This document shows, piece by piece, positions 16,601-23,869 of a stretch of 26,333 nucleotides of DNA. Both the position numbers and the translations under genes were made by a program. The first letter of the stretch is position 1; each line of letters begins with the position of its first letter. Location of the stretch: positions 1-26,333 of the IMG/VR virus record IMGVR_UViG_3300032332_000032; one strand, given 5' to 3'. Origin of the DNA: a virus (Duplodnaviria > Caudoviricetes). The notes below the pieces were generated by a model, which saw nothing but the letters and a program-made list of their open reading frames with translations, was not told the DNA's origin and did no database searches.

Positions 16601-18748
16601 GGTGATACATCTGCAAGTTACTCAAGTCTAACAGGTACATATTCTGGATCTGGAGCTAATGCTAGATTCACAGTGGTCAGAAACGGTTTAAAATATGCTT
16701 CTATCACTATTGACACAGCTGGTACAGGCTATGTAAGATTAGAAACAATTACCATATTAGGTACTAGCCTAGGTGGAACAACACCAGCCAATGACCTTGT
16801 AATAACAATTACAAGTGTAAGCACATTGGGTGCTATACAGGCATTTGATACCAGCGGTTACGGTCTAGGTGGACGATTTGTAGCACTAAGATCCGGTAGC
16901 GTGATTGGTGCTACATCCGAAGACGGTATTACATGGACAACAAGAACCAGCCTAATGCCTAGCGGCGCAAGTTGGTCAGCAGCAGCTTGGGGTTACTTCA
17001 ACGACGGCTCTTCTTTACCAGGCGAATCAAGTTCAAGATTTGTTGCAGTTGCGGGCGGATCAGCAAATACCACAGGTGCATGGTCAGCAGATGGTATTAC
17101 TTGGACAGCTACATCAATGAATACCAGTGCTACATGGACTGATGTTTGTTTTGGCGAAGGACGTTTTGTTGCCATAGCCAGCGATAGCACCACTGTAAGA
17201 ATTTCCAGTGACGGTGAAAACTGGGATAGCACAGGAACGCTGGCACGTACAGGATATACCTGTATTGCCTACGGTCTAGGACTATATGTTGCAGCACGTA
17301 GTGGTAGTACAATCGGAGCATGGTCGACTGATGGTGTTACTTGGATTGAAATTGCAATGCCAAGTTCTAGTAGCTGGAATAAGATTGCTTATGGTAACGG
17401 AAGATTTGTTGCTCTTTCAACAAGTTCTGGAACAGTCACAGCTTACAGTATCACAGGTAAAGTATGGTATGCTGGCACATTACCAACAAGCACATCATGG
17501 ACAAATATCTGCTACGGTCAAGGGGTATTCCTAGCAGTAACAAATTCAACTACAGCAGCTACATCTCAAGATGGCGTTAACTGGACTTCAAGAACTATGA
17601 GCACAGCAGCCAGCGGATTCTCAGCAGCAGTTTTTGGTAATCCACAAAGATCTGGTAAGTTTGTAGCAGTAGGTGGCGGTACTGGAACAGTGGCCAGTTA
17701 CACCTATGCTGGAGCAAAAACTCGAGCTCGTGCATTTGTTTCAAGTGAGAAAATAACAGCAATTAGAATTCTAGAACCAGGTTCTGGATATGCTAGTGCT
17801 CCAACTATCACTATCACAGATCCTAACAACATTTTTGAAGCACCTACAACGGTTAGAATCGGTGATGGCGTATTGGGAATGCCAAGTCTCAAGAACAGAG
17901 GAACAGGATATCAAACATGTAGTGCAGAAATAGACACGGGTGATGGCTATGCTAACTTCTTCCAAGACGGTTCTTATGTTGCAGTTCGAAGAATTAGCGC
18001 AAGACCAGCTCCAGGTTCTAACTTGGTATTTGCTAGTAAGGACATTACCTATAAAGTTGTTAGTGTTGTCAGTTTCCGAGGAGACTATGACGGTTCCTAT
18101 ACCGCGTTCCTACAGATAAGTCCAACCATAAAGGTATATGACAATCTAGCAGATGGTACAGCAGTAACAGCTAGAATTCGTTACAGCCAAGTTCGACTAA
18201 CAGGACATGACTTCTTGGATATTGGTACTGGAAGTTTCACAGAAACCAACTATCCATACACCCCATCTCAAGCTCCTATACAGGCCAATGAGACTGTAGA
18301 AGGCAACAGCGGTCGTGTGTTCTACACAAGTACAGACCAGGACGGTAACTTCCGTGTCGGAGCCTTGTTTACCATTGAACAGTCAACTGGTGTTGCAACA
18401 TTGAATGCTGACGCATTTAATCTTTCAGGACTACAAGAAATTAGTTTGGGTAACTTGACACTGGGAGGTGCTAGTGCAAGGGTTACAGAATTCTCGACAG
18501 ATCCTTTCTTTACACAGAACTCAGACTCTGTTATTCCTACACAACGAGCAATAAAAGCCTACATTGCCAGCCAAATTGGTGGCGGTGGTGCAAGTTTGAT
18601 TGTTAACAGTGTTACAGCAGGGGATATTTTGATTGGTACAAATACAATTACCAACGTTACCGGTGGTTCTATTATCATGGGATCAGTGGTTAATTTCACA
18701 GGCGGAGTTACAGGTTACCCGCTTGCAATCAGTTACTTCTTAAACTAA
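10601..18748 (+). CDS. Giant multidomain virion protein B (2715 aa): 7 CBM5/12-like repeats, beta-helix carrying six phycobiliprotein-like helical repeats, beta-propeller, conserved C-terminal domain
   Basis: GGAG RBS. The MAEFKLGRIRFVWK N-terminus matches ORF 5090 and the domain order is the same. The extra ~900 aa is mostly [C/T/A]xRD helical repeats. Confidence 0.85.
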   Translation: MAEFKLGRIRFVWKSDWTTGTTYYKDDVVQYGGKVFICIAGHTASAGFYTDLDAVPSKWNQMSDGFAWENDWAPGTTYKTNDMVKYGGRLYICRIPHTSAATLALGLEADLNLADSTLSKWDNVADGSDWKGAWTISTRYKVNDLVKYGGISYICNTYHTSAVSLALGLEADLNKWDVFNRGIEYKTAWTTVTRYKVNDVVKFGSTLYICTLFHTSSASFDLDTAYWSAFVEGLQFENTWSSATQYQPGDIVRYGGYQYVAKTTHTNSTPSTGTSDWDLFSKGFSFTAEWSSATSYKVGEVVSLGGQTYLCTIDHSNQSPPNASYWDKLSSGVNWRNYWANSTPYYVGDVVRYGSNAYICITKHTSNDDDSTTFADSTRSPSGDTEGVYWNIFNVGSEYSVMTDAGDMVYYNGNQGPARLPIGKEGMVLKVSADSKPMWDYLGVVDYTFYVAPHGQDLPAPTWGLTQDKPWKTIRYACMQIEDGARNPNAQYLLEMNRVFIQREVSEWIQYQIANNRSPFTSSFVYDEFKCERDVGFVIDRLIWDIGHGGNLKTLAAALSYINLLSGADLFATAFDENGTGTYSKLAAQSTQDVASYNYMLTVIQSVLNNTAVAASYQTINGDNSTAILGQYFNTDLVAETGVYTTITSLVGIITTALTEQVATNLPDRYVPNNILNVKSGAWTEVLPIPVPAETSIVGDETRAVEVSADTGSVDITDSYATYTTFGRIGTVMGQIVAGTSVTRTTGNTATQSLYWPYASSAETTKISSLVDVMKYQSDYRLGRMDAATMTDPTGYNTSYLIGYGDARKLLKENKKFLQEEVVAYLEINYPTSKYGKTKTRRDAGYIVDALIYDLTYGGNALSIQAGLAYFDAEGSTNLIPASIKTLTLAAITFLKARMQSVATNSSVTPLQTAIPQFFDTAGSAAASTLIGTNVDIIYNLINGGNTTSAPSITVTTITSNTTLATASSHGLTVGDTFIPRSTANGLTSGTKYYVVSTPLGTTFTLSDSYSGSAIATLTNGTGLSIVGDIVDQPAATNAVTTTTALISAYTSLTAARETIVTGAVDYINTNYGSFTYNSAICRRDSGYLVDAAYYDAAFGSNFWAVQNGLSYLRPQAGVVYNSQRTQEIAAIGYIKTQVAAALVSDATAVSRANAAYTEVIDIINNGSTSADALVYTDTGTANFTNARAQLVTNRAFIISTMVTWMTANVPGYVSLDARGKGLCQRDLGYAIDALAYDVNYGGNIATRNFCRSLFNNITGAGVESVNSGATYTQLGAVCAQIVRETYAGQDTSGTAASATEATRMTTLCGNISTVATAGNLSGLVAESLPSTSWVGAGIQTAIAVLATSKTAIVKGTLQYITTTYSSLVYSHAKAERDAGIVLEAVGYDFMFNSNYRTVKAAMAYLRANSVELYTQANLKNATRGALNYAKTQALASVGGDATAQARITTLMTLVDSVVFGAANEGDMCQSVYDDIYYANLQLERNRAFIAAEASAYIANTFKSAATATTVTTDVITVADTSWMRRNLAIEFTGTIPSGAGISTGVTYYVQNVVSSTTFTVATTRFASTANRVTLATKSGSWTVKMVYNSALCLRDVGYYIDAVKWDLVWSSNYKSRYVARYYANAVLGSQEEDFFYLRNGTGVKNMSLRGLNGQLTPENDYGTSRTTAGAYCSLDPGWGPADFRTWITSRSPYIQNNATFGNAAIGQKIDGSLHNGGNKSMVSNDFTQLISDGIGAWITNNGRAELVSVFTYYSHIGYLAEAGGRIRGTNGNNSYGDFGSVAEGYDVTETAKTAIVDNKFQYKAVVGSITTDSSAIFAFEFDHAGNEYTEATYLVIGPGNFADVEQDEFRDDAVFQIRLIDNVDDSTAAPEADGNQGGSGYLTKNGTAQNGTLTSITLSAVDDQLSSAYIGMKIVITAGNGLGQYALINAYNSGTKIADVITESTGAAGWDHFVAGTPIQAPDSSSSYSIEPAVSFTAPTYSSTASTLPTSGTWSVVEYGDTSASYSSLTGTYSGSGANARFTVVRNGLKYASITIDTAGTGYVRLETITILGTSLGGTTPANDLVITITSVSTLGAIQAFDTSGYGLGGRFVALRSGSVIGATSEDGITWTTRTSLMPSGASWSAAAWGYFNDGSSLPGESSSRFVAVAGGSANTTGAWSADGITWTATSMNTSATWTDVCFGEGRFVAIASDSTTVRISSDGENWDSTGTLARTGYTCIAYGLGLYVAARSGSTIGAWSTDGVTWIEIAMPSSSSWNKIAYGNGRFVALSTSSGTVTAYSITGKVWYAGTLPTSTSWTNICYGQGVFLAVTNSTTAATSQDGVNWTSRTMSTAASGFSAAVFGNPQRSGKFVAVGGGTGTVASYTYAGAKTRARAFVSSEKITAIRILEPGSGYASAPTITITDPNNIFEAPTTVRIGDGVLGMPSLKNRGTGYQTCSAEIDTGDGYANFFQDGSYVAVRRISARPAPGSNLVFASKDITYKVVSVVSFRGDYDGSYTAFLQISPTIKVYDNLADGTAVTARIRYSQVRLTGHDFLDIGTGSFTETNYPYTPSQAPIQANETVEGNSGRVFYTSTDQDGNFRVGALFTIEQSTGVATLNADAFNLSGLQEISLGNLTLGGASARVTEFSTDPFFTQNSDSVIPTQRAIKAYIASQIGGGGASLIVNSVTAGDILIGTNTITNVTGGSIIMGSVVNFTGGVTGYPLAISYFLN
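10637..11780 (+). repeat. Seven CBM5/12-like protein repeats
   Basis: Seven W.....Y...D.V.YGG..Y.C...HTS-type units. Confidence 0.7.
12056..15490 (+). repeat. Six alpha-helical repeats with [C/T/A]xRDxGxxxD/E...D....[G/S]N core (phycobiliprotein/globin-like)
   Basis: KCERDVGF (Cys codon 12191), KTRRDAGY (13118), ICRRDSGY (13844), LCQRDLGY (14270), KAERDAGI (14723), LCLRDVGYY (15377). Confidence 0.7.
16870..17700 (+). repeat. Beta-propeller blade repeats
   Basis: SEDGITW, SADGITW, SSDGENW, STDGVTW and SQDGVNW alternate with W..(V/I).(Y/F)G.G.FVA. Confidence 0.7.
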
Positions 18749-18751
18749 ATA
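18746..18751 (+). promoter_or_regulatory. Putative late promoter (TAAATA) overlapping the stop of ORF 10601
   Basis: CTAAATAC followed by a GGAG RBS and ATG 18768. Confidence 0.4.
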
Positions 18752-18767
18752 CATTGGAGATAATAAA

Positions 18768-19115
18768 ATGGCAACAGGAAGATTAGGAGCTGCTGACTTA
18801 TCAGCAACAACATACACAACAGTTTACACCTGCCCGACTACTAGATTCGCAGTAGTTGGACTTTCTATTTGTAATAGAAATTCAACATCTGTAACTGTTA
18901 GAATTTCATTACAAACAGCAACAGGAACACCTGGTAACAGCGAATTTTTAGAATACGATTCTGAAATTGTTGCCAACGGTGTTCTAGAAAGAACAGGTAT
19001 TGTCATGGACGACAACCAACAAACAGGTACTGTTGGTGGCAAATATCTAGTGGTTCGTGCTAGTACAACAGGTGTAAGTGTCGTAGTTATGGGCATTGAA
19101 ACTTCTACAGCTTAA
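18768..19115 (+). CDS. Small beta-sandwich structural/adaptor protein, paralog 3 (115 aa)
   Basis: TTVYTCP...LSICNR...VTVRISL...GIE resembles ORFs 1071 and 4366. GGAG RBS. Confidence 0.75.
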   Translation: MATGRLGAADLSATTYTTVYTCPTTRFAVVGLSICNRNSTSVTVRISLQTATGTPGNSEFLEYDSEIVANGVLERTGIVMDDNQQTGTVGGKYLVVRASTTGVSVVVMGIETSTA

Positions 19116-19131
19116 TAAGGAAACCTAAACT

Positions 19132-20076
19132 ATGGGACGTAATGTACGCAACGGATTGAGTGGACAGTTTGGAGCTGGTAAGATAACTGTCGGTGCCAGC
19201 ACTATCTCAACAACACAAACCAATACTGATCTTACCATTGACCCTAACGGGACAGGTATTGTTAAAGTTACCAGTAACTTTTTGTTAAACGGTGACGGAT
19301 CAGCTGCCGGCGAAATGCGACTAGGCGATGCTGACTCTTCTAACTGGGTTGGTTTTAAAAGTCCTGCTACTGTTACTTCCAATAAAGTTTGGGTGTTACC
19401 AGCAGCAGACGGTACTGCAAATCAGGTTCTAAAAACTGATGCCAGCGGCAACCTAGGTTGGGTCACAATTAGTTTAGCGTTTGGCGATGAAACTGCCAGT
19501 GCTAGTACATGGTACCCCTCAATACAAAGTGCAGTTAGCGGAACAGCTAGTACACTTTACGGATCTAGTACAAAATTAACCTTTCAGCCAAGCACTGGTA
19601 CTATGACTGTTGGTATAATAACAGGTAGTGCTAGTTCAGGTGCAAACCTTGTGCTAAGAAGTACATCAAATGCTACCAAAGGTCAGGTCTACATTGATGA
19701 AACCACAGCAAGTTCAAGCACAACAACTGGTGCTCTGCGTGTAGGTGGTGGTGTAGGTATTGCTGGAACATTGTATGTGGCCAGCTTGGTAGAAACTTCT
19801 AGTATTGTATACAAAGAAAATTTAAATCCTATCGTTGATGCACTTGACAAGATTATCAAGCTCACAGGTTACACCTACGATAGAACAGACATTGAAAAGA
19901 AAAACGAATCTGGTTTAATTGCTGAATATGTAGAAGAAATATTACCTAATCTAGTCAGCAAAGATGAGAACGGTGTAGTTAACGGTGTGCAGTATACCAA
20001 ACTAACTGCCTATCTAGTTGAAGCAATTAAATCACTAAATGACCAAGTCAAAGAATTGAAAGCAAAATTAGGATAA
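19132..20076 (+). CDS. Tail fibre protein with C-terminal intramolecular chaperone (peptidase S74-like) domain (314 aa)
   Basis: Shaft motifs LPAADGTANQVLKTDASGNLGW and STTTGALRVGGGVGI. The C-terminus SSIVYKEN...ALDKI...GLIAEYVEEILPNLV...VQYTKLTAYLVEAIKSL matches the S74/ICA pattern. Confidence 0.85.
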   Translation: MGRNVRNGLSGQFGAGKITVGASTISTTQTNTDLTIDPNGTGIVKVTSNFLLNGDGSAAGEMRLGDADSSNWVGFKSPATVTSNKVWVLPAADGTANQVLKTDASGNLGWVTISLAFGDETASASTWYPSIQSAVSGTASTLYGSSTKLTFQPSTGTMTVGIITGSASSGANLVLRSTSNATKGQVYIDETTASSSTTTGALRVGGGVGIAGTLYVASLVETSSIVYKENLNPIVDALDKIIKLTGYTYDRTDIEKKNESGLIAEYVEEILPNLVSKDENGVVNGVQYTKLTAYLVEAIKSLNDQVKELKAKLG

Positions 20077-20079
20077 AAA

Positions 20080-20892
20080 ATGGCAACGTTACAGAGTACA
20101 GCCTTTAGCGGAACAACTAATACACTGACATTACCTTCAGGTACCACAGCTGAACGTCCAGCAAGTCCGGCCGAAGGCATGATTCGATATAACACCACGC
20201 TACTAAGAGTAGAAGTTTTCATGAACAACTCTTGGGAAGATGCTGCAGATCCTATAGCAAATACAAAATGTTATCTTCCTTTGTTCGGCACAGCGGACGG
20301 TGATATCACAGATACAGTGTCTAGTGTGGTAGCCACAGTCAGTGGCGGAACAAGAAACTATACACAAAGCAGCTATGCAGGTTTTCAAACTGGCACAGGT
20401 GACGCTTATATTGATATTATGTCACCTTTTATTAGAATCCTTGATGGTAATCCTTTTTGGACTATCGAATTCTGGTTGTATAAAACAGGGGGTGTAGGCA
20501 GCTCAGCAGAAACCATGGTGGAATGCTGTCACTATACTCGAGGGCTATTGTATAGAGCCAACGACAGTGATGGAACAAACAACTATTGGAGAGGTTCTTC
20601 AATTAATTTAGGTACAACTACCAGCAACTCTTGGGTACATCATGCAGTAGTTGGCTATGGTGCTAACATCAAGGTATTTAAAAATGGCACACAGGTAGCT
20701 GACACTATGAACGGTGTAGGTGTATCGAGATTTGCTGATCCTATGACCACCGGTGGTCACGATCTTTGCCGCATTGGTCGTTCTAGTCACACCAGTGGAC
20801 AGTATACCAACGGAACATTTAGAAAATTTAAAATCAGTAGTAGGGCTAGATATCTAGCAAACTTTACTTCATCTACAGAATATCCCTTATAA
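20080..20892 (+). CDS. Putative adhesin/tip protein with concanavalin-A/LamG-like domain (270 aa)
   Basis: N-terminal LPSGTTAERP...GMIRYN module, followed by the LamG-type pattern WTIEFWLY...WVHHAVV...KVFKNG...IG...FKISSRARY. Confidence 0.75.
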   Translation: MATLQSTAFSGTTNTLTLPSGTTAERPASPAEGMIRYNTTLLRVEVFMNNSWEDAADPIANTKCYLPLFGTADGDITDTVSSVVATVSGGTRNYTQSSYAGFQTGTGDAYIDIMSPFIRILDGNPFWTIEFWLYKTGGVGSSAETMVECCHYTRGLLYRANDSDGTNNYWRGSSINLGTTTSNSWVHHAVVGYGANIKVFKNGTQVADTMNGVGVSRFADPMTTGGHDLCRIGRSSHTSGQYTNGTFRKFKISSRARYLANFTSSTEYPL

Positions 20893-20903
20893 GAGGTTAA
20901 GAA

Positions 20904-22799
20904 ATGGCAATTTTACAAAGTACGACAATTAGCGGAACAGGATACTTACAACTTCCAGTGGGAAGAACTGCCGATCGTCCTACTGCTCCTGCCTATACTG
21001 TAGTTCAATTTACCTCAACAGGCACATCAAACTGGACAGTTCCGGCCAACGTATATCGCGTAGACGTACTAGTTGTTGGTGGCGGTGGTGGTGGTGGTGC
21101 TTGGGTAGGTGGTGGTGGTGGTGCAGGTGGTGTTGTTTATCGTGAAGGATATGCTGTTACACCTGGACAATCTATCAGTTATACAGTAGGTGCTGGCGGA
21201 ACAGGTGAATATAACCCAGGCAGTTACACAGGTATGCCACGTGCTACTAACGGCGGCCAGTCTGCATTTGGTTCGATTACTGCCTTAGGCGGCGGGTATG
21301 GTGGATCTTGGAGCTCATATCCAGCATCTTCGGGTGCAAGTGGCGGTGGTAACGGTTATAGTTATGCAGGCGCAGCAGGCACACCAGGACAGGGTTTTCC
21401 AGGCGGCCAAGGCCGAGGCGATAGCCCTAACGGTTATCCAACTGGTGGTGGTGGTGGTGCGGGCGGCCCTGGAGGTTCGTGGAGAATTGGAGGCACAGGC
21501 GAAATTACCACAGGCTCTTGGGGACAAAATGGAAAAAGTGGAGACGGCGGCCCTGGACTAGCCTATGATATTTCCGGTACACTGACATTCTACGGTGGTG
21601 GTGGTGGTGGTGGTATTCACGGAAGCAGTTCAGACGCTCGACCCGGTTTTGGTGGTATGGGTGGTGGCGGTGATGGCAACGGCCCGTCAACTACATTAGC
21701 TTCTTATCAAACTGCACGAGCTAACACAGGCGGCGGTGGCGGCGGAGGTGGCTACAGCGGTGGATCACCTAGCTATGGTGGCGCAGGTGGCAGCGGAGTT
21801 GTTATTGTACGTTATGCCACAGCAGGTGGTATCAACGCTGAATTAAAACCAGGTGCTGTTAGACTTAACACACAACGAGGTCTTGAATATTATGATTCTA
21901 CAGGCCGTTGGGCAAATCTTTCTGTGCCATTCCACAGCAGAACTATTATCACTACAGGCTATCAGTCAGGCGGATACAAAGATGGTGTAGCATGGAACAA
22001 TGTAAACAAAATACAGGCCGCAACAGATGTAACATATAATCTAGGTGACGGTTCTCTTGCAAGATCGATGAACTATCAAAGCGGCGGCTGCGGACAAAAC
22101 ATTGGTTGGGTATTTGGCGCAGGCAACGGTCATGCTATTGCCAGTAACTATGTTCAAGGTTTCAACATGCGTACTGAACAGGCCTATAATCCTGGAAACA
22201 TCAATTTAGCCAATAACCGAAACAATTCAGGAACTATTTTCCAAGAACACTATTTTGCTTGGACTAGTGGCGGCGGTGCAGCAGCGGTTGAAGAATTTAA
22301 CTTTATGATTGCTACCAGCCATACTACTGCATCGGCAGGCTGGAGTGCTACCAACCAATGGGGCATGAGTCACGAAAATTACGGAATATTCTACTGGGAA
22401 GAAGATTCTAGAATTTGGCATTTTGCCGCAAGAACAGCAACGTCTACATTTGGCGGCCAGCCAAGCGCCTATCACCAACAGAAATCAGTTCAAAGTAAAT
22501 ATAGCAACTGTTATGCTGGTAACGAAGGCAGCTACAACGGCGGCAATAACCTACGTAGAAGCAATATGTATACAAGAACAAGTTCTGGCACAGTGGCTAA
22601 GCCAGTTACCAATAACGGGGAAGAAAACTTTACCATGGGTCAAGATTGGCAATACCTGCTAGGTGAATATAATGGAGCTCAAAACAATAATGCTTGGAAA
22701 TTCTATTATTCCACAGAAACAGGATTTAGTGGTGGCTCAGATATGCAACCAAAAGGGCATGCCGGATCAAGTTCCGGTACCTGCTTCTGGAGAAATTAA
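20904..22799 (+). CDS. Putative adhesin/tip protein: N-terminal module, glycine-rich domain, C-terminal propeller-like domain (631 aa)
   Basis: GAGG RBS. FTSTG..W.VP..V..VDVLVVGGGGGGG...GGSGVVIVRY marks the Gly-rich domain (20994-21815). The C-terminal ~290 aa is paralogous to ORF 22800. Confidence 0.8.
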   Translation: MAILQSTTISGTGYLQLPVGRTADRPTAPAYTVVQFTSTGTSNWTVPANVYRVDVLVVGGGGGGGAWVGGGGGAGGVVYREGYAVTPGQSISYTVGAGGTGEYNPGSYTGMPRATNGGQSAFGSITALGGGYGGSWSSYPASSGASGGGNGYSYAGAAGTPGQGFPGGQGRGDSPNGYPTGGGGGAGGPGGSWRIGGTGEITTGSWGQNGKSGDGGPGLAYDISGTLTFYGGGGGGGIHGSSSDARPGFGGMGGGGDGNGPSTTLASYQTARANTGGGGGGGGYSGGSPSYGGAGGSGVVIVRYATAGGINAELKPGAVRLNTQRGLEYYDSTGRWANLSVPFHSRTIITTGYQSGGYKDGVAWNNVNKIQAATDVTYNLGDGSLARSMNYQSGGCGQNIGWVFGAGNGHAIASNYVQGFNMRTEQAYNPGNINLANNRNNSGTIFQEHYFAWTSGGGAAAVEEFNFMIATSHTTASAGWSATNQWGMSHENYGIFYWEEDSRIWHFAARTATSTFGGQPSAYHQQKSVQSKYSNCYAGNEGSYNGGNNLRRSNMYTRTSSGTVAKPVTNNGEENFTMGQDWQYLLGEYNGAQNNNAWKFYYSTETGFSGGSDMQPKGHAGSSSGTCFWRN

Positions 22800-23837
22800 A
22801 TGGCAATTCTAGCAAATAACACCACAATCAGCGGTACAGGATTTTTGCAACTTCCTGCAGACAATAGTCAAACCGGTAACACCAACGGACAACTGAGATT
22901 TAATCCTACTCAAAACAAAATTGAGTGGTACAACTCAGGTACACAAAACGGTTGGACCTACTTTGGTATTCCCTTCCAGGCTAGAGATGTTCAGGTTGCA
23001 GGTTACCTACTAGGAGGATATGCTGCTTCAACAGTTTGGAGTAATGTCAATAGATTAACGTATGGTACAGACACTAGTGTAAACTTAGGTGATATACAAG
23101 AAGCTGGACATAACTATCAAAGCAGTGCATTTAATTTACGCAGAAACTTTACCTGGGGTGCTGGTGGTTCTCACTGTGCGCCTGCTAGCAACATCATCTG
23201 TTTTGACATGGTCACTGAACAATCAATTACCAGCGGCTATACTCGTAACATGCCAGGTAATACACTTAACACTGGTACAATTCAGAAAGAACACTATTTT
23301 TCTTATCTCAGTCCTTATAGTTATCTAAGTGCAGCCATCTATGAATTCAACCTTACCACTGAAACACTAGGCACTACCTATGGAACAGGCGGTAACAATC
23401 AGTGGGGTGCATGGACTGAAAACTTTGGTATTTTCTATGGCGGCACTGAAAAGATCTTTAACTTTGCGTCAAGAACTGTTTATGATCGTAGTGCTAGTAC
23501 AGCACTAGCTGGAGACCCATATCAACATAATATACAGACCCGCCAGGCAACAACTATTGCTGGCCGTGAAGGTAATCCAAGTACTAACTGGCGTATCACT
23601 AACTATCAAAACAATGCCAGCTATAATGCTATCGGTGGAAAACCTGCATATAGCGGTGAAGAGAATATGGTCAGCGCAAGAGATTGGGGATATTGCCAAG
23701 GTTTTTACAACGGAAGTCACGTTAATACAACCTACAAAGTTCAATTTGCAACTTGGAGTGGATTCGTTGGATCAAGCTCGATGGAACCAAAAGGCAAAAG
23801 TGGTAACAGTTCAGGAACAATGAGCTGGAGGCCTTAA
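22800..23837 (+). CDS. Putative tip protein with propeller-like domain, paralog of the ORF 20904 C-terminus (345 aa)
   Basis: Abuts the previous stop (TAAATG). Shares PF..R....GY..GGY....W.NVN, NLGD, NYQS, GAG..H, TEQ, GEEN and M.PKG..G.SSGT..WR with ORF 20904. Confidence 0.8.
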   Translation: MAILANNTTISGTGFLQLPADNSQTGNTNGQLRFNPTQNKIEWYNSGTQNGWTYFGIPFQARDVQVAGYLLGGYAASTVWSNVNRLTYGTDTSVNLGDIQEAGHNYQSSAFNLRRNFTWGAGGSHCAPASNIICFDMVTEQSITSGYTRNMPGNTLNTGTIQKEHYFSYLSPYSYLSAAIYEFNLTTETLGTTYGTGGNNQWGAWTENFGIFYGGTEKIFNFASRTVYDRSASTALAGDPYQHNIQTRQATTIAGREGNPSTNWRITNYQNNASYNAIGGKPAYSGEENMVSARDWGYCQGFYNGSHVNTTYKVQFATWSGFVGSSSMEPKGKSGNSSGTMSWRP

Positions 23838-23864
23838 TCTTATAAATATCCGTAGATTAAGGAG
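23832..23864 (+). promoter_or_regulatory. T4-type late promoter TATAAATA (23841-23848) inside a 9-bp inverted repeat whose 3' arm overlaps the SD
   Basis: CCTTAATCT (23832-23840) pairs with AGATTAAGG (23854-23862). The SD AAGGAG is at 23859-23864. Confidence 0.7.
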
Positions 23865-23869
23865 ATACA

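Noticed and set aside
21078-21614. (GGT)n runs, up to 7 copies at 21594-21614, as phase-variable microsatellites
   Set aside because: They are in-frame poly-Gly codons of the Gly-rich domain. Slippage would not shift the frame, and there is no evidence of variation.
20080-23837. Diversity-generating retroelement acting on the tip genes
   Set aside because: There is no reverse transcriptase and no template/variable repeat pair differing only at adenines. The paralogous C-termini are diverged at all bases.
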